In this document: positions 24,052 to 37,092 of the stretch, in pieces
Layout of the letters: every line of letters begins with the position of its first letter
How positions within the stretch are numbered: the stretch's first letter is position 1
Origin: Squalus acanthias
Taxonomy: Eukaryota
Assembly: GCA_030390025.1 (NCBI GenBank)
Contig: CM059433.1
Coordinates: 8,618,001 to 8,682,000, forward strand
Direction of reading: 5' to 3'
DNA length: 64,000 bases
The notes under the pieces: generated by a model
The model's input: only the letters and a program-made list of their open reading frames with translations
The model's database searches: none
What the model was told of the DNA's origin: nothing
Made by a program: the position numbers and the translations under genes

Positions 24052-24639
24052 CACTGTACAGGGTGTTGGTGAGACCACACCCGGAGTACTGCGTGCAGTT
24101 TTGGTCTCCTTATTTAAGGAGGGATATACTTGCATTGGAGGCAGTTCAGAGAAGGTTCACGAGGTTGATTCTGAGATGAAGGGGTTGTCCTATGAAGAAA
24201 GGTTGAGCAGGTTGGGCCTATACTCATTGAAGCTTAGAAGAATGAGAGGGGATCTTATTGAAACATATAAGATTCTGAGGGGGATTGACAGGGTAGATGC
24301 TGAGAGGATGTTTCCCCTCGTGGGGGAATCTAGAACTAGGGGGCATAGTTTCAGAATAAGGGGTCGCCCATTTAAAACGGAGAGGAGGAATTTCTTCTTT
24401 CAGAGGGTCGTGAATCTTTGGAATTCTCTACCCCAGAGAGCTGTGGAGGCTGGGTCATTGAATATATTTAAGGTGGAGATTGACAGGTTTTTGAATGATA
24501 AGGGAGTCAAGGGTTATGGGGAGCGGGCAGGGAAGTGGAGTTGAGGCCAAGATCAGATCAGCCATGATCTCATTGAATGGCGGAGTAGGCTCGAGGGGCC
24601 GAATGGCCGACTCCTGCTCCTACGTCTTATGTTCTTATG
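24052..24639 (+). mobile_element. CR1 LINE 3' fragment
   Basis: ORF 24026-24544 C-terminal part GLSYEERLSRLGLYSL...GKWS. Confidence 0.92.
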
Positions 24640-25004
24640 GGGTCAACTTACAAATCATCACCGTCTGAATCGACCTTTGGATTGGCGCAAGAGCTATTTT
24701 GATTGTTCCTGAGTGCTAACTCTACACAGTTGCTGGTAATTGTAAGAGGACTAGTTTTGTAAACGGTAACTTACCAGCCAATGGAAAGTTTGATGAACTA
24801 ACACTATCGGAATAGACTCATCGTGAATACAAAGTCCTACTTGACCTTTAGTAACAAGTGTGGCTTAGTTTTTGTCAGCAGTCAAGTTAGCAAAATGGAC
24901 GATAAAACCAACCTAAGCCGCATTTCAAGTAGCAAAAGGATCATATCTTTGTTAAACATTTTTTTTTAAAGGCATTATGAACTCTCAAAACAGGTTGTCC
25001 CTAG

Positions 25005-25362
25005 ACGAGGTGTTTATGATGATTAAAGGAGTTGATGGGGTGGTTAGAGAGAAACGGTTTCCTCTGGTGGGGCGAGTCCAGAACAAGGGGACATAATCTT
25101 AAAATTAGAGCCAGGCCGTTCAAGGTTGATGTCAGGAAGCACTTTTTCCACACAATGTGGTTCTCTGTCCCCCAAAAAGCTGTAGAGGCTGGGGATCGAT
25201 TGAAAATTTCAAAACTGAGATTGATAGATTTTTGTTAGATAAGGGTATTAAAAGTCACAGTACCAAGGTGGATAGATGGAGTTATGATACAGATCAGCCA
25301 TGATCTAATTGAATGGCGGAACAGGCTGGAGGGACAGAATGGCCTCCTCCTGTTCCTATGTC
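25005..25362 (+). mobile_element. CR1 LINE 3' fragment (older subfamily)
   Basis: GESRTRGHNLKIRARPF; similar to 28405-28858. Confidence 0.85.
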
Positions 25363-25364
25363 TA

Positions 25365-25613
25365 CAAAAAGAAAGAAAGACTTACATTTCTATAGCGCCT
25401 TTCACGACCACCGGACGTCTCAAAGCGCTTTACAACCAATGAGGTACTTTTGGAGTGTAGTCACTGTTGTAATGTGGGAAATGCGGCAGCCAATTTGCAC
25501 ACAGCAAGCTCCCACAAACAGCAATGTGATAATAACCAGATCATTTTTTCGTTATGTTGATTGAGGGATAAATATTGGCCAGGACACTGGGGATAACTCC
25601 CCTGCTCTTCTTC
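25365..25613 (-). mobile_element. DeuSINE 3' half
   Basis: Reverse complement of the DeuSINE tail; followed by a short L2 piece at ~25620-25705. Confidence 0.88.
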
Positions 25614-25706
25614 GTCTGAAGTAGCGAGGCGGACAGGTTTAGGCAGGGAATTCCAGTGCTTAGGGTCTAGGCAACAGAAGGCATGGCCACCAAAAGTTGA
25701 GCGATT

Positions 25707-26088
25707 AAGCTAGGCTGACGCTCCAGTGCAGTGCTGAGGGAGTGCAGCACTGTCGGCGGTGCCGTCTTTCGGATGAGACATTAAACCGAGGCCCTGTCTG
25801 CTCTCTCAGGTGGATGTAAAAAACCTCATGGCATTATTTTGAAGAAGAGCAGGGGAGTTATCCCCGGTGTCCTGGGTCAATATTTATCCCTCAACCAACA
25901 TAACAAAAACAGATTATCTGGTCATTATCACATTGCTGTTGGTGGGAGCTTGCTGTGTGCAAATTGGCTGCTGCATTTCCCACATTACAACAGTGACTGC
26001 ACTTCAAAAGTACTTCATTGGCTGTAAAGAGCTTTGAGACGTCCGATGGTCGTGAAAGGCGCTATATGAATGCAAGTCTTTCTTTCTT
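25707..26088 (+). mobile_element. DeuSINE, 5'-truncated
   Basis: Deu core and tail. Confidence 0.9.
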
Positions 26089-27004
26089 TCTAACCATCCT
26101 TAGCAATATTGCCAATTTATGCAAAAATTGTGACCCACTTCATGTTATGGGCCTACATCGCATGCAGTGGGTTCAGACTGTTCCAAATCATTCCATATAA
26201 GTTAACGTACTTTTTAACTACAAATAAATGGCAATACTTATTTTGGCAATGATCTTGCAAAATAGAAATATCTTTCTAATGGTGTCGAAAGTGAATCTAC
26301 AAGTGAATAACCGATGAATTGCAAAGATCAGCAGCAAATTATGTGAAGCTTTTACATAATACACTAGTAGTGATTGGCTGCTGCATATACTGGGCACGTT
26401 CTCCTGCGTCGGCATCGCTTCATGTTTTGAACGAGGGCTAGGAATGCAGATAGTTTACTGTTTTACGGTAAGAGCATTTGTTCCCATCTTGTCTTATTTT
26501 AATTTTTGTTCAAAATCTTCCAGTCACTGTGGCCGGTAGCCTATATATTGGTGGGATCATGGCATGATTGTCGGTTGGACTGAGCTCACAATTGGGTTAA
26601 ATTACTGCTCATCTCTGCAAATATTTGTTTGGATCTGCCAGAAGGGAAGATTGTGGAGCTGGGTGCACTCAACAATCAATGACTGAAGGGAAGGTAGTGG
26701 TCTCCTTCCCCTCTGTGGGAGCCACAGTATATTTTCCTTCACACCACCACAGGCATGGAAAGAAATATTCCAAGGCCATTTGCCGATGTAAATATTGCAT
26801 TTTTGCACGACCATCACTCGGGGAATCCTGTTGCATTAACGGAACTACTATTGGCCCAGCTTCCTCAAAGTGGCCCAATACTCTGTCAGCTCATCTGAGT
26901 CACTTCAGCCACCGCACTGGGATTTACAGATGTTGGCTACTCGCCTGAAGTGCCGCAACACTAAAGAAATTGCAAGGTGTCCCATTAGTACGTGCAGGAG
27001 TTAA

Positions 27005-27178
27005 GGCCCCAACTTTAACCTCGGCCGGTGGAAAACAGAACGGGTTCGGGTCCGAGGCCCGATTTACACCCCGCCTGGATTTGATGCTCCGCTGACTTCA
27101 ATGGCAAGGTGTAAAATCGAGCGTCCAACCCGAGCCCGGCCTTGTTCTCGCCAGGCGGTTAAAGGTTAAAGCCAGGGT
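27005..27178. mobile_element. Short palindromic MITE
   Basis: tttaacc...cgggttcgg...tttacacc / ggtgtaaa...ccgagcccg...ggttaaa inverted arrangement. Confidence 0.55.
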
Positions 27179-28404
27179 TTGGGTTTTGAAGAATACTGGT
27201 AGCATTTGCTCGTTTCACAGTAGCGACGTCACCTGATCAAAGGAGACGAGACTTTAGCGCAGTTAATTTGGGAAACTACAATCAACTAATTTTATCACTG
27301 CCATTAAGAGATGCTAATGGTGCATTAATTGTTGTCCCCGGGGCTTAGAACTCCAGACTTTGTGACATTTTATGAAGAGTTAGATCAATCGAGGAGTATT
27401 TACAATGAAGCAGATTTCGAGAATTATTTTAGCAGACAAAACTTTCAGCAACGATCCTTAGAATGGATATTATTGTCAGAGAACTGGAAAGGGCCATTAA
27501 CAACGTTCCTCAGGCAACACCACCAAATCAGACGACTTTTATAAAACACGCTTATATTGTGTCTGGCATCATTATTATTGAGGGTTTAATTTTTAATCAT
27601 GTTTTATTTCATTTTATTAATTATTTACAAGCACAGCTTGTGTGCCTGGTTCAATGTAATTGGCGCATCCGTCTTGGAGTACAGCAGGTGTACCAGCTAT
27701 TCTGTCGGCACAATTGTTAGCATTGCTGAATAGACAGCACACTGGGCACATTTTTTGTTCCAGGGATCCAAGCAGGTAGAGCCTGGGAAATGTGATCCCA
27801 TGTGGTCTCCACAGGAATCCGTTTCCGTGCAATTATCCACATGGATTCAATCATGAAGCTCCAACATTTTTCTTTAGCTTAAATAAAAGGTTCTAATTTT
27901 TTTTTTTTTGCGAATTGAACCTTACGGTTCGGAATCTGACTTCGTGCCAAAACCGTTATTTTAGCTTAAGCCCCCTTTTTCAGGCCAAATGGTCAAAAAA
28001 AAAGCTAAAATGTGAGATCGGGTTTGTAATTTCTGAAACCCTGGTCCGGTTTAGCGCTCTCTGTTCTCTTGTGTCCTCTGCCTTCTTGTGCAAGCGAAGG
28101 AGCTGCTGAAGTGCAATTTCCTGTCCTCTTCCTCCTTGGTGAGCTCCCAGAGCTAGGCCCAATATGAGTCGACAGCTCATTATGAATGAATGAGGGCCAA
28201 CCCCGGGAATTCAGCTGCTGGGGAGTTGGCAAGCGTTAAACTTGTTGCGCTTTGAGCCCATTGGCCTAGAAAATGTACTTTTATATAAATCAAATGGTAG
28301 TGATGGTAGCATAGTTACGATAGGGTCGTCAGCTGGAAATATAAGTCTCAAATGTCTTTCATTGGGAGTATATTGGAGACAGATATTCATCCTGTTAGGG
28401 AGCA

Positions 28405-28858
28405 TCGGAACATGAGTAAGCTATTCAGTCCCTCGAGCCTGTTCCGCCATTCAATTAGCTCATGGCTGATCTGTATCTTAACTCCTTCTACCCGCCTTGA
28501 TTCCGTAACCCTAACAAAAATCTATCAATCTCAGCTTTGAAACTTTCAATTGACCCCCCAGCCTCAACAGCTTTTTGCGGGAGAGAGTTCCTGATTTCCA
28601 CTAACCCTTTGAGTGAAGAAGTGCTTCCTGACATCACCCCTGAACGGCCTGGCTCTAATGTTAAGGTTCTGTCTGCCCCCCTTGTTCTGGACTCCCTCAC
28701 CTGAGGAAAGAGTTTCTCTCTATTTACCCCATCAACTCCTTTAATCATCTTAAACACCTCAATTAGCTCTCCCCTTAATCTTTTATACTCAAGGGAATAC
28801 AGGTCTAGTCTCCGTAACCCGTCTTCATAATTTAACCCTTTTTGCCCTGGTATCATTC
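28405..28858 (-). mobile_element. CR1 LINE 3' fragment
   Basis: ORF 28488-28856 GLNYEDGLRRLDLYSLEYKRLRGELIEVFKMIKG. Confidence 0.88.
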
Positions 28859-28929
28859 TAAGCAGGGCCTGCTGCCAACAGATCTTCTCCTACAGACTGT
28901 AACTTCAGGTCGATTGCGAACTCTGAACT

Positions 28930-29177
28930 TGGATATTAATACCTACACCGCTTTTATTTTATTAGCTCAGAAGGATAGACCATTTCTCCCTGTTGCCTGA
29001 TGGTCTACATCTGGCTACATGGTTTGTCTGGTCTGGTTCTCCTTATTGTGTGGCAGCTCAACAAATTCTCTTTTAAGTGCTTTCTTTTCTTCGGCACGGT
29101 GTTCATTTGATATCCAAGTCTTGCTGCTACATGCTCTAAAACTCTTCAGTTTATGGCTAACTATATATCAAACTGAA
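28930..29177 (-). other. Candidate 3'-terminal exon with poly(A) signal
   Basis: Long pyrimidine tract ending cccccatgtttag| at 29178-29179; two overlapping AATAAA on the minus strand at 28953-28963. Confidence 0.3.
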
Positions 29178-29981
29178 CTAAACATGGGGGAAAAGTATAA
29201 TTGTGGGGAAAAATAGGAAAAACAAAATCCAAAACATGCTTTGGGAAAAAAAATTTGGGGGGGGATCCTAACATCAAGAATAAGCATGATAAAATTTCAG
29301 TGGTACCGATTGATATGGAAGTGCTGGAGGTTCGACTATATCACCTGTCATTTCAATTATGACAATTGTTATTTTGGCTTCACCCAACAGTGGGGCTCGG
29401 CTCTAGTTAAATATCAAAGAGTTATTGGAAAATAACCCGTTTACGTTATTTATGATCTAAAACCTCCAGAGGACTCCAGGGTTTGATTTTTGAAATGGCT
29501 TGCCCGGGATTTTAGACGGCCAATGTTATTTTCACTGTCGATGTTTGTGCTCCTCAGCACAGCTCACTTTGGCGTAACGGAGCCATTAGTCAAGAGTGCA
29601 AAAATGGAGTAATTATCTGTGTTTGGCAGCTCCGAGTTAAGTGCTTTATAACCAATCTAATTATAAATTGTGCACATTTCCTCAGCTTAATATAATTCAC
29701 AGCTTGTGCTCTGTGTCTTGAAAGTTAGATTTTTTTTAAAAAAGAAATCGTTAAGCACACACATCATATTTTATTCACTCTGATACGAGACTAGCTCAGA
29801 GTTGAATTGGTCTTTGGTGAACAGATTTTAATGTACGTCTCTGGGATCGAAAGACCATCTCAAATCTGTAAATGCTCAAGACCAATATCATGTAAGGCTG
29901 AGCTGGGTGAAGTCTCTTATCCGGAATAATTAACCGCAGGGCCTAAGTTTTCATGGTGGGGATAGTAATTACATCATTATA

Positions 29982-30157
29982 GGGTAGATTTTCCATTTCA
30001 GCACTCTGGGCATGTGTTGCGACTGCTTGTTGTAAATTTGCAGACCTCCAGCATGTGAATTTCCGTGTATGGATAGAAATTCACAGGGCGGGGGTCTTTA
30101 ATTTAAGAATATGTGCTCCGGGAATGTGCTCAGAGCACAGAAGCAGAAAATTCACCC
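29982..30157. mobile_element. Short MITE
   Basis: TIR gggtagattttc...gaaaattcaccc with internal inverted symmetry (tgtgaatttc / gaaattcaca). Confidence 0.55.
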
Positions 30158-30246
30158 TCATATCCCATCAAAAGTGAGCTACGTTCTATTTTCTACAACG
30201 CATTACAAGATATGCGTACTGCAGTCTCTCTAGCATGACTTCCAGG

Positions 30247-30730
30247 GTGGCAGCTGTGGCTCAGTGGGTTAGTGCACTTGTCCCTTCTGAGTCAGAAGGT
30301 TGTGGGTTCACAGTCCCCACTCCAGGGACTTGAGCATAAAAATCCAGGCTGACACTCCCAGTGCCGTGCGGAGGGAGTGCTGCACTGTCGGAGGTGCCGT
30401 CTTTCGGGTGAGATATTAAACCGAGGCCCCGTCTGCTCTCTCAGGTGGACGTAAAAGATCCCATAGCACTATTTTGAAGAAGAGCAGGGGAATTATCCTC
30501 GGTGTCCTGGCCAGTATTTATCCCTCAACCAACATAACAAAAAAACAGATTATCTGGTCATTATCACATTGCTGTTTGTGGGAGCTTGCTGTGCACAAAT
30601 TGGCTGAAGCGTTTCCTACATTACAACAGTGACTCTACTTCAAAAGTACTTCATTGGCTGTAAAGCGCTTTGAGACGTCCGGTGGTCGTGCAAAGGCGCT
30701 ATAGAAATGCAAGTCTTTCTTTCTTTTTCT
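30247..30730 (+). mobile_element. DeuSINE, full length
   Basis: Head, Deu core and (tttc)n tail. Confidence 0.92.
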
Positions 30731-31067
30731 ACTTGGGTGAATAATGTCTTAACTGGGTCTAAATATACGATGAGGTCAATACTTGTCCATTAGTTGCTTC
30801 AAATACTACCCCTGGCTATTGGAAAGAACACAATGGGATCAATTTTCATCTTCACTGCCTGGGCTCCAATCCGGTGGAGAAATTCGCCACCAATTGTAGA
30901 AACCACCCGATGTTCAACAACGGGCAGATGATCAGCTCTAATGGATTACCAACCAGGCAGTTTAACACAAAACGTTTACCCCAGTGTCTACATCCAAACG
31001 CCACAATAAAAGTTCCGACACCATAATGCCAGAAGAAGAGTATAAAACCACCAGTGAAATCTTGCAT

Positions 31068-31545
31068 CTTTTTTTTTATTTGTTTATGGGATGTGGGCAT
31101 CGCTGGCAAGGCCAGCATTTTTTGCCCATCCCTAACTGCCCTCGAGAAGGTGGTGGTGAGCCGCCTTCTTGAACCGCTGCAGTCCGTGTGGTGAAGGTAC
31201 TCCCACAGTCCTGTTAGGGAGGGAGTTCCAGGACTTTGACCCAGCGACGATGAAGGATCGGCTGATATATTTCCAAGTCAGGATGGTGTGTGACTTGATG
31301 GGTAACTTGGAGGTGGTGGTGTTCCCATGCGCCTGCTGCCCTTGTCCTTCTAGGTGGAAGAGGTCGCGGGTTTGGGAGGTGCTGCCGAAGAAGCCTTGGC
31401 GAGTTGCTGCAGTGCATCTTGTAGATGGTACACACTGCAGCCACGGTACGCCGGTGGTGGAGGGAGTGAATGTTTAAGGTGGTGGATGGGGTGCCAATCA
31501 AGCGGCTGCTTTGTCCTGGATGGTGTCGAGCTTCTTGAGTGTTTT
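31068..31545 (-). mobile_element. LINE 3' fragment (557-1090 family)
   Basis: ORF 31214-31549 LIGTPSTTLNIHSLHHRRTVAAVCTIYKMH. Confidence 0.85.
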
Positions 31546-32003
31546 GCATTGGCGGCAGGATAAATTCGGATAGTGAGGTTTCGGCCTTGAATTCATTATT
31601 TAAACCAGCATTGAGACAGCGTCTTTCACCTCCATTTTAATTTCATCAGTGGAAAGAACTGGCTACTTCAACAGGTGTCTTCAATCAGCAAAAATGTTGC
31701 CGACCATTCGTGACTGTACAAAGCTCTCAGCCACCAGCCAAAGAATGCCATAGCAATGTAAACATAGCTGCTCCCTCACATTGCATAACAGGCCAAAAGA
31801 ACAATTACGCTCTGTGTTAACTCAAGATTGTTTTTATTCTAACTACGGTGCACTCTTGAAATGCTCCTTGGAGTGGGCTCTTATATATATTGATTTAGCT
31901 GCAATTGAATTAACTACTTATCGCAGATGTGCAGGCTTCTCTTTGTTGTACAAACCGACCTTTAACCCTTTGATCGCATTTTTTTCAAAAAAAAACAAAC
32001 ACA

Positions 32004-32747
32004 TGGGCCCGAATTTTCCGATGCCTACGGGTGGGCACGGGCTGTGTACACACCCGTAGGGACATCGGAAATGCCGGTTTCAGGCGTGCCAAGCGCATGC
32101 GCTGAAAACCGGCATTTCCGATCTGTCGAGAATGCCCTTGACGGATCGGACGCCTGCCCTGGAGAAGGGCCTCTGCGGGGGGGAGAGTTTCGCTTTCTGG
32201 AGACCCTCCGCCCGCTGAAAACCCTTAAAAACCTTATGCCTGGTAAAAGCCAGCGTAAGGCCTGCTTTTACCAGCATAAGAGTTGAAAAAAAAGTTAAAA
32301 AATTTAAAAATACTTTTTAAAAAGGTAAGTTTATTTTTAGCCCCGTAAAAAACTTTAATAATTTTTTTTTTAAATTTAATTTTTGTTTAAAATATTTAAT
32401 TTAATGTAATTTTAACTCATTTTAAAAATGTGATGCTTTTTTAAAAATGTATTTAATGTTTTAAAGTGTTTTTGGGGTGATCTCCATTCATACTTTTGAC
32501 AGGTCTATCTGTCAAAAGTATGATGGGGGATTCCCTTCTTTCATTGGCTGGCCTGGCCCACGTGATCCCAGGGACGCTTGCGAACCGCCTGCGCCCCTGG
32601 GATACCTGGGCCCTGCGCATTTCAACTGTGGAGAGGCCCAGGATCGGAAGTGTCCGGACCTCAGGAGCCCTCAGGTAAGGGCGTAGATTTTTTTTCCGAT
32701 AGAAGGCCTCCGCACACAGGAAGCCTCCGATCAGAAATTACGGGCCA
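32004..32747 (+). mobile_element. Harbinger-type MITE (young family, three copies in window)
   Basis: TIR tgggccgaattttccgat / atcagaaattacgggcca; near-identical copies at 46740-47231 and 58446-59196. Confidence 0.85.
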
Positions 32748-33243
32748 TTGAATTTCGAAAGCTCTGATTACCCACGTATCTGTGCTCCTGAGACCCAGAC
32801 AAAAGTGAGTGATTGAACTTCCGCCACAGCTGATTCAAGCAACGGAAGGTATTCCCAGCTCCCAACCCCTCCCCACCACGGGTCAAGGCAGCATGGGAAA
32901 TATATGGTCGGAAAGAAATCACGGATTCACTTACAACATTTGTAGCGACTCACTTGGACTGAATTAAGTGAGATTTTCTGAAATCTGATCCCTGATCCTG
33001 GCCTACCACCAGCGGCTGCGTATCACATCAGCAAATCTCCCCCCCACTACATTTACCGTCACATAGGAAGCACATGTTTCATCCCATCTGAATGGGCTCA
33101 TTTATAAATCTATAACAGCATAACACAAAGTCACCAGGCGTTAAGATAGCAGGAAGGCACAACAGTACAGTACACCCAAACCCTGCGGCCACACCCCAGA
33201 ATTAGTCCCCAGGGCCGTCAACAACTTTATAAGCATCACTCAC

Positions 33244-33315
33244 TGTTCTGCTGTACTTTGCCTACTGTATACAATTAATGTAACTTCTGACAGTGCATTT
33301 GTAATCGAAGAACAA
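33244..33315 (-). CDS. Candidate 72-nt exon (phase 2-2; CSSITNALSEVTLIVYSRQSTAE)
   Basis: Acceptor ttttccccccaacatttctattgcag|, donor |gtgagt; only one of three frames is open, and it fits the 57836 exon. Confidence 0.33.
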
Positions 33316-33349
33316 CTGCAATAGAAATGTTGGGGGGAAAATAAACTCA

Positions 33350-33690
33350 GTGAGGTTATCCATTGGGTGGAGTATAGGGACCAAGACAGTCCAAGGTTTG
33401 ATCTATTGTCTAAACTGAGTTTGTTGATCGCAACCAGAGCAGCAGTATGGACACTACTATTGGCCCCAGCACCCCTGAGCTTGCTGTCCACTGACCCTCA
33501 CTGGAAGTGGCTGTGTACAAACAACAGATGAGGGAACAAGATCAGCCTCAGCTATGAGGCTCTCCTGCCTGCAGACGTTCGTTGCCAAGGCTCATTCATT
33601 AACTAGAGCACTTGCACAAGATAGCGGAGGAGAACGAACATCCGCGTAACCCGACCAAGCTAGGATTCGGCATTTTAGGAGAAGAGGGAA
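33350..33690 (+). mobile_element. Old SINE-like repeat
   Basis: Similar segments (ggttcgatc-like box, attggcctcagt/gc) at ~54040-54295 (+) and ~59570-59960 (-). Confidence 0.45.
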
Positions 33691-34234
33691 GGAAATGGCT
33701 GAGGGAATAAGAAAATGATTTACAAAAGAGAATAAATAAACTGATCAAAATATGGCCTGTAATTTAATGGAAAATAAGACTTAGGGACAGGCAATATTAA
33801 CTGGCAGGTGTGTGAGCAGCACCAGTGGTATTGTGTCAAACTGGCTATTTACAGTTAGAACCCTTCAAAAACCACATACTGCTATTTCCTTGATATCCTG
33901 TTATGTTCCATAAATGTCATTCATGTCTGTGGTTTTAGCTGTGGTAACAGTGCATAGCAAAGAATACCATTTGTTTTTACTGTCTTCAATGTGCCTTCCA
34001 GCAGAATCAAAAAAAAAATTAAAGCTGCTTGGAGAAAGCCCCTACGCAGCTGTAAATCGCTTTATTAACTCAACTAACTTACTGAAATCCTGTCTGGACA
34101 TGGTATTAATTAACAATATTTGAAATTCCTAAGATGGTGAGTTCAAGAACTCAGTCAGGTTCATCAAGGGGATGGACCCAATGGGCTTTTTCCCCAATAT
34201 TCTTCGCTCTTTAACACAACCATTCAGCTTAACA

Positions 34235-34692
34235 AGTCAGCTGTGGCTCAGTGGGTCGCACACTCGCCTCTGAGTCAGAAGGTTGTGGGTTCACAGCCCT
34301 CACTCCAGGGACTTGAGCACATAAAGCTAGGCAGTGCAGTGCTGAGGGAGTGCCGCACTGTCGTGGGTGCCATCTTTTGGGTGAGACGTTAAACCGAGGC
34401 CCCGTCTGCGCTCTCAGGTGAATGTAAAAGATCCCCATGGGCACTATTTTGAAGACGAGCAGGGGAGTTATCCCCGGTGTCCTGGGGCCAATATTTATCC
34501 CTCAACCAACATAACAAAAACAGATTATCTGGGTCATTATCACATTGCTGTTTGTGGGAGCTTGCTGTGCGCAAATTGGCTGCCGCGTTTCCCACATTAC
34601 AACAGTGACTCCACTTCAAAATTGACTGTAAAGCGCTTTGAGACGTCCGGTGGTCGTGAAAGGCGCTATAGAAATGCAAGACTTTCTTTTCT
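34235..34692 (+). mobile_element. DeuSINE, full length
   Basis: Head, Deu core and tail. Confidence 0.92.
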
Positions 34693-35132
34693 TGTTATTT
34701 TGGTAAGTCTACTTGGACCGTAACTTGATCTTATACTTGAAGTACAGAAGACAGCACGCCACCAGGCAGACAATGAATGCTCCTGCCAGGGGGGTATGCG
34801 CCGAACAGTCTACGCACCTTGTTCTCCCGATCGCTCTGAACTAGCACGTAGCACCATGCTGATTGACCGTAAAGCTCAGGCTAAAGGCTTTTCGAATCAA
34901 GTATATCATAAAAAGTCAAAATTTTACCGAAGCAAGAGTGAATCACCAAACAAGCACAGTATTTAACATGATCTGTTCCAAAACAGAGGTTCCAAACCCT
35001 TAGCCGTTCTTCTCAGTAACTTCTGAATGTGGATCTGTGATGAAAAATTTTACATGAGAAATCAGATCTCCTATAAGCCCCCAAGTTGTCACACAGCACA
35101 GCAGAATAGGCAATCGAAGAACACATGGACCA

Positions 35133-35368
35133 ACAACAATGTGTATTTATATAGCGTCTTAACGTAGTAAAACGTCCCAAGGCGCTGCACAGGAGTGGTT
35201 TAAGACAAAAACATTGGACGCCGAGCCACATAAGGATAAATTAGGGCAGGTGACCAAAAACTTGGTCAAAGAGGTAGGTTTTAAGGAGCGTCTTAAAGGA
35301 GGAAAGAGAGGCGGAGAGGTTTAGGCAGGGAATTCCAGAGCTTAGGGCCTAGGCAACAGAAGGCACGA
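35133..35368 (-). mobile_element. L2 LINE 3' tail
   Basis: Matches 18548-18800. Confidence 0.88.
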
Positions 35369-35714
35369 CAGAAACCAGCCTGGTTATAGATCACACTTTA
35401 GCCAACATAAAGATTTAAAAAGCTATCCTTCCCAATTAGTCAAAACTGGCCCATTTTGAATTACTCTCTGCAGTGGCAGACCAGAGGCAAAAGTTTAAAC
35501 AACTTCAACCAACACTGAAGCTCATCAAACAAGAGTTGAGTTAATTAGATACAGGTCCCAGACAGTCTGTTGCTGCACTTGCCTCTTATGACTGAAATTA
35601 ATTCCTTCTTTTTAACACTGCAGTTCACAGGGCCTATTTAAATGTGTCACCAAAAGTTAGTGCTCTCAGACAGAGGTGTATTTTGTGCTATGCCATCTAA
35701 GGATGGCACTTCGC

Positions 35715-36065
35715 TGCAGTGCTGAGGGAGTGCTGCACTGTCAGAGCTGCTGTCTTTCAGATGAGATGTTAAACCAAGGCCCCTTCTGCCCTCTCAGGCG
35801 ATCCCACGGTAATATTCAAAGACGAGCAGGGGAGTTCTCCCGGTATCCTGGCGACATTTATTCCTCAACCAACAACCCAAAAAACCAGATGAACTGGTCA
35901 TTTATATCATTGCTGTTTGTGGGAGCTTGCTGTGCGCAAATTGGCTGCTGCATTTCCTACATTACGACAGTGACTACATTTCAAAAGCACTTAATTGGCT
36001 GGAAAGTGCTTTGGAACGTCCGGTGGTCGTGAAAGGTGCTGTAGAAATGCAAGTCTTTCTTTCTT
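35715..36065 (+). mobile_element. DeuSINE, diverged and 5'-truncated
   Basis: Deu core and tail. Confidence 0.8.
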
Positions 36066-37085
36066 AAGCATGCACCTCTTGCTTTACTGCCCTCCCCTCA
36101 CCACAACCCTACCCTTGTGCCTTCCTCATTTCAGACACGCAAGGAATGCACCAGTGGGTGACCAAGAAGAGGGAGAGGAGAGTGAAGAAGAAGAAGAAGA
36201 AACGCCGTTAATTGATTTGACACTCTCAGCCAGCAGCTCCTCGAGGTCGTCCTGCAAGGTCATCTGCAGTCTCCCCCACTGAAAGTCAGCAGCCTTCCAC
36301 CAGCCATGCTGCAGTCACTGGGGTAGCACTGCGTGACATCAGTAGGATAGGCAAAGGCACACACAAGACAGACTATGGGAATGCACAAGGGTGATTAGTT
36401 GATTTTTTGATGTCATATTGGATGCATATATGGATAAAGTTGGATTGGAAAGTTTGCTTTGTGGTGGCTTTTATTTCAGCATTGTGACCAAGAGGACGCT
36501 GTGATGGTCAGTAACAGAGGGAAGGTAAGGTGTGGGACAAATGTTGAAAGGGGAATTGGAGTTGTGGTCACTGGTACCGCAGGCGGATGATTCCATCCCG
36601 GATATCCCGGCCAGAAAGGGACTGTCTGGGTTGCATCCTTCCTTCTGCTTCCTCCTCCTGCATTTTCCTCCTCGTGCTTTTTCCTCTTCTGCTGCCTCCT
36701 CTTCTGCTTGCTTCTCTGCTGCTTCCTCCTCCCCCTGCGAGCAGCTTGTCCCCTTTGCTGCCTCTGCTTCATCTCCATGTGATAGTGCTGCCCAAGGGGG
36801 ACAAGCAAAAATCTAAAATTACCTGAAAGATGTGTGTGCCCCTTTAAGAAGTGCCGGCAGCGTCTCGGTTGTACTGCCGCACGCACGTTCTTCCCTGCGT
36901 GGTTTGGAGAGGGCTGGATCAAGAGCGGCGACGTCCAAAATCACAGATCGTGCACGAGTTCAGGCGACTGATGTCATGGTCTGCATCGTTTAAATGCAGG
37001 CAACGGCAGTGCTGCCGACCTGCCCAAAATGGCGGCGGCCGCGTTCCACGCCGGAAGTGGAATTCTTATAACGGCCGGCGCTACA
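36066..37085 (+). mobile_element. Harbinger-derived element, partial copy of the 19566-21809 family
   Basis: 36066-36660 aligns by eye with 20585-21200 (ccagccatgctgcagtcactggg...); 36830-37080 resembles 21510-21780. Confidence 0.8.
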
Positions 37086-37092
37086 CCTCCCA

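Noticed and set aside
24775-24845. 71-nt minus-strand exon-like segment with a GTAAGT donor
   Set aside because: Weak acceptor, phase does not fit, no recognisable peptide.
29255-29365. GGDPNIKNKHDK resembling an ankyrin repeat turn
   Set aside because: No TPLH helix, early stop, no splice support.
33244-33315. CSSITNALSEV resembling CD34 CSLLLAQSEV
   Set aside because: Needs a gap, and no transmembrane exon was found; likely chance.
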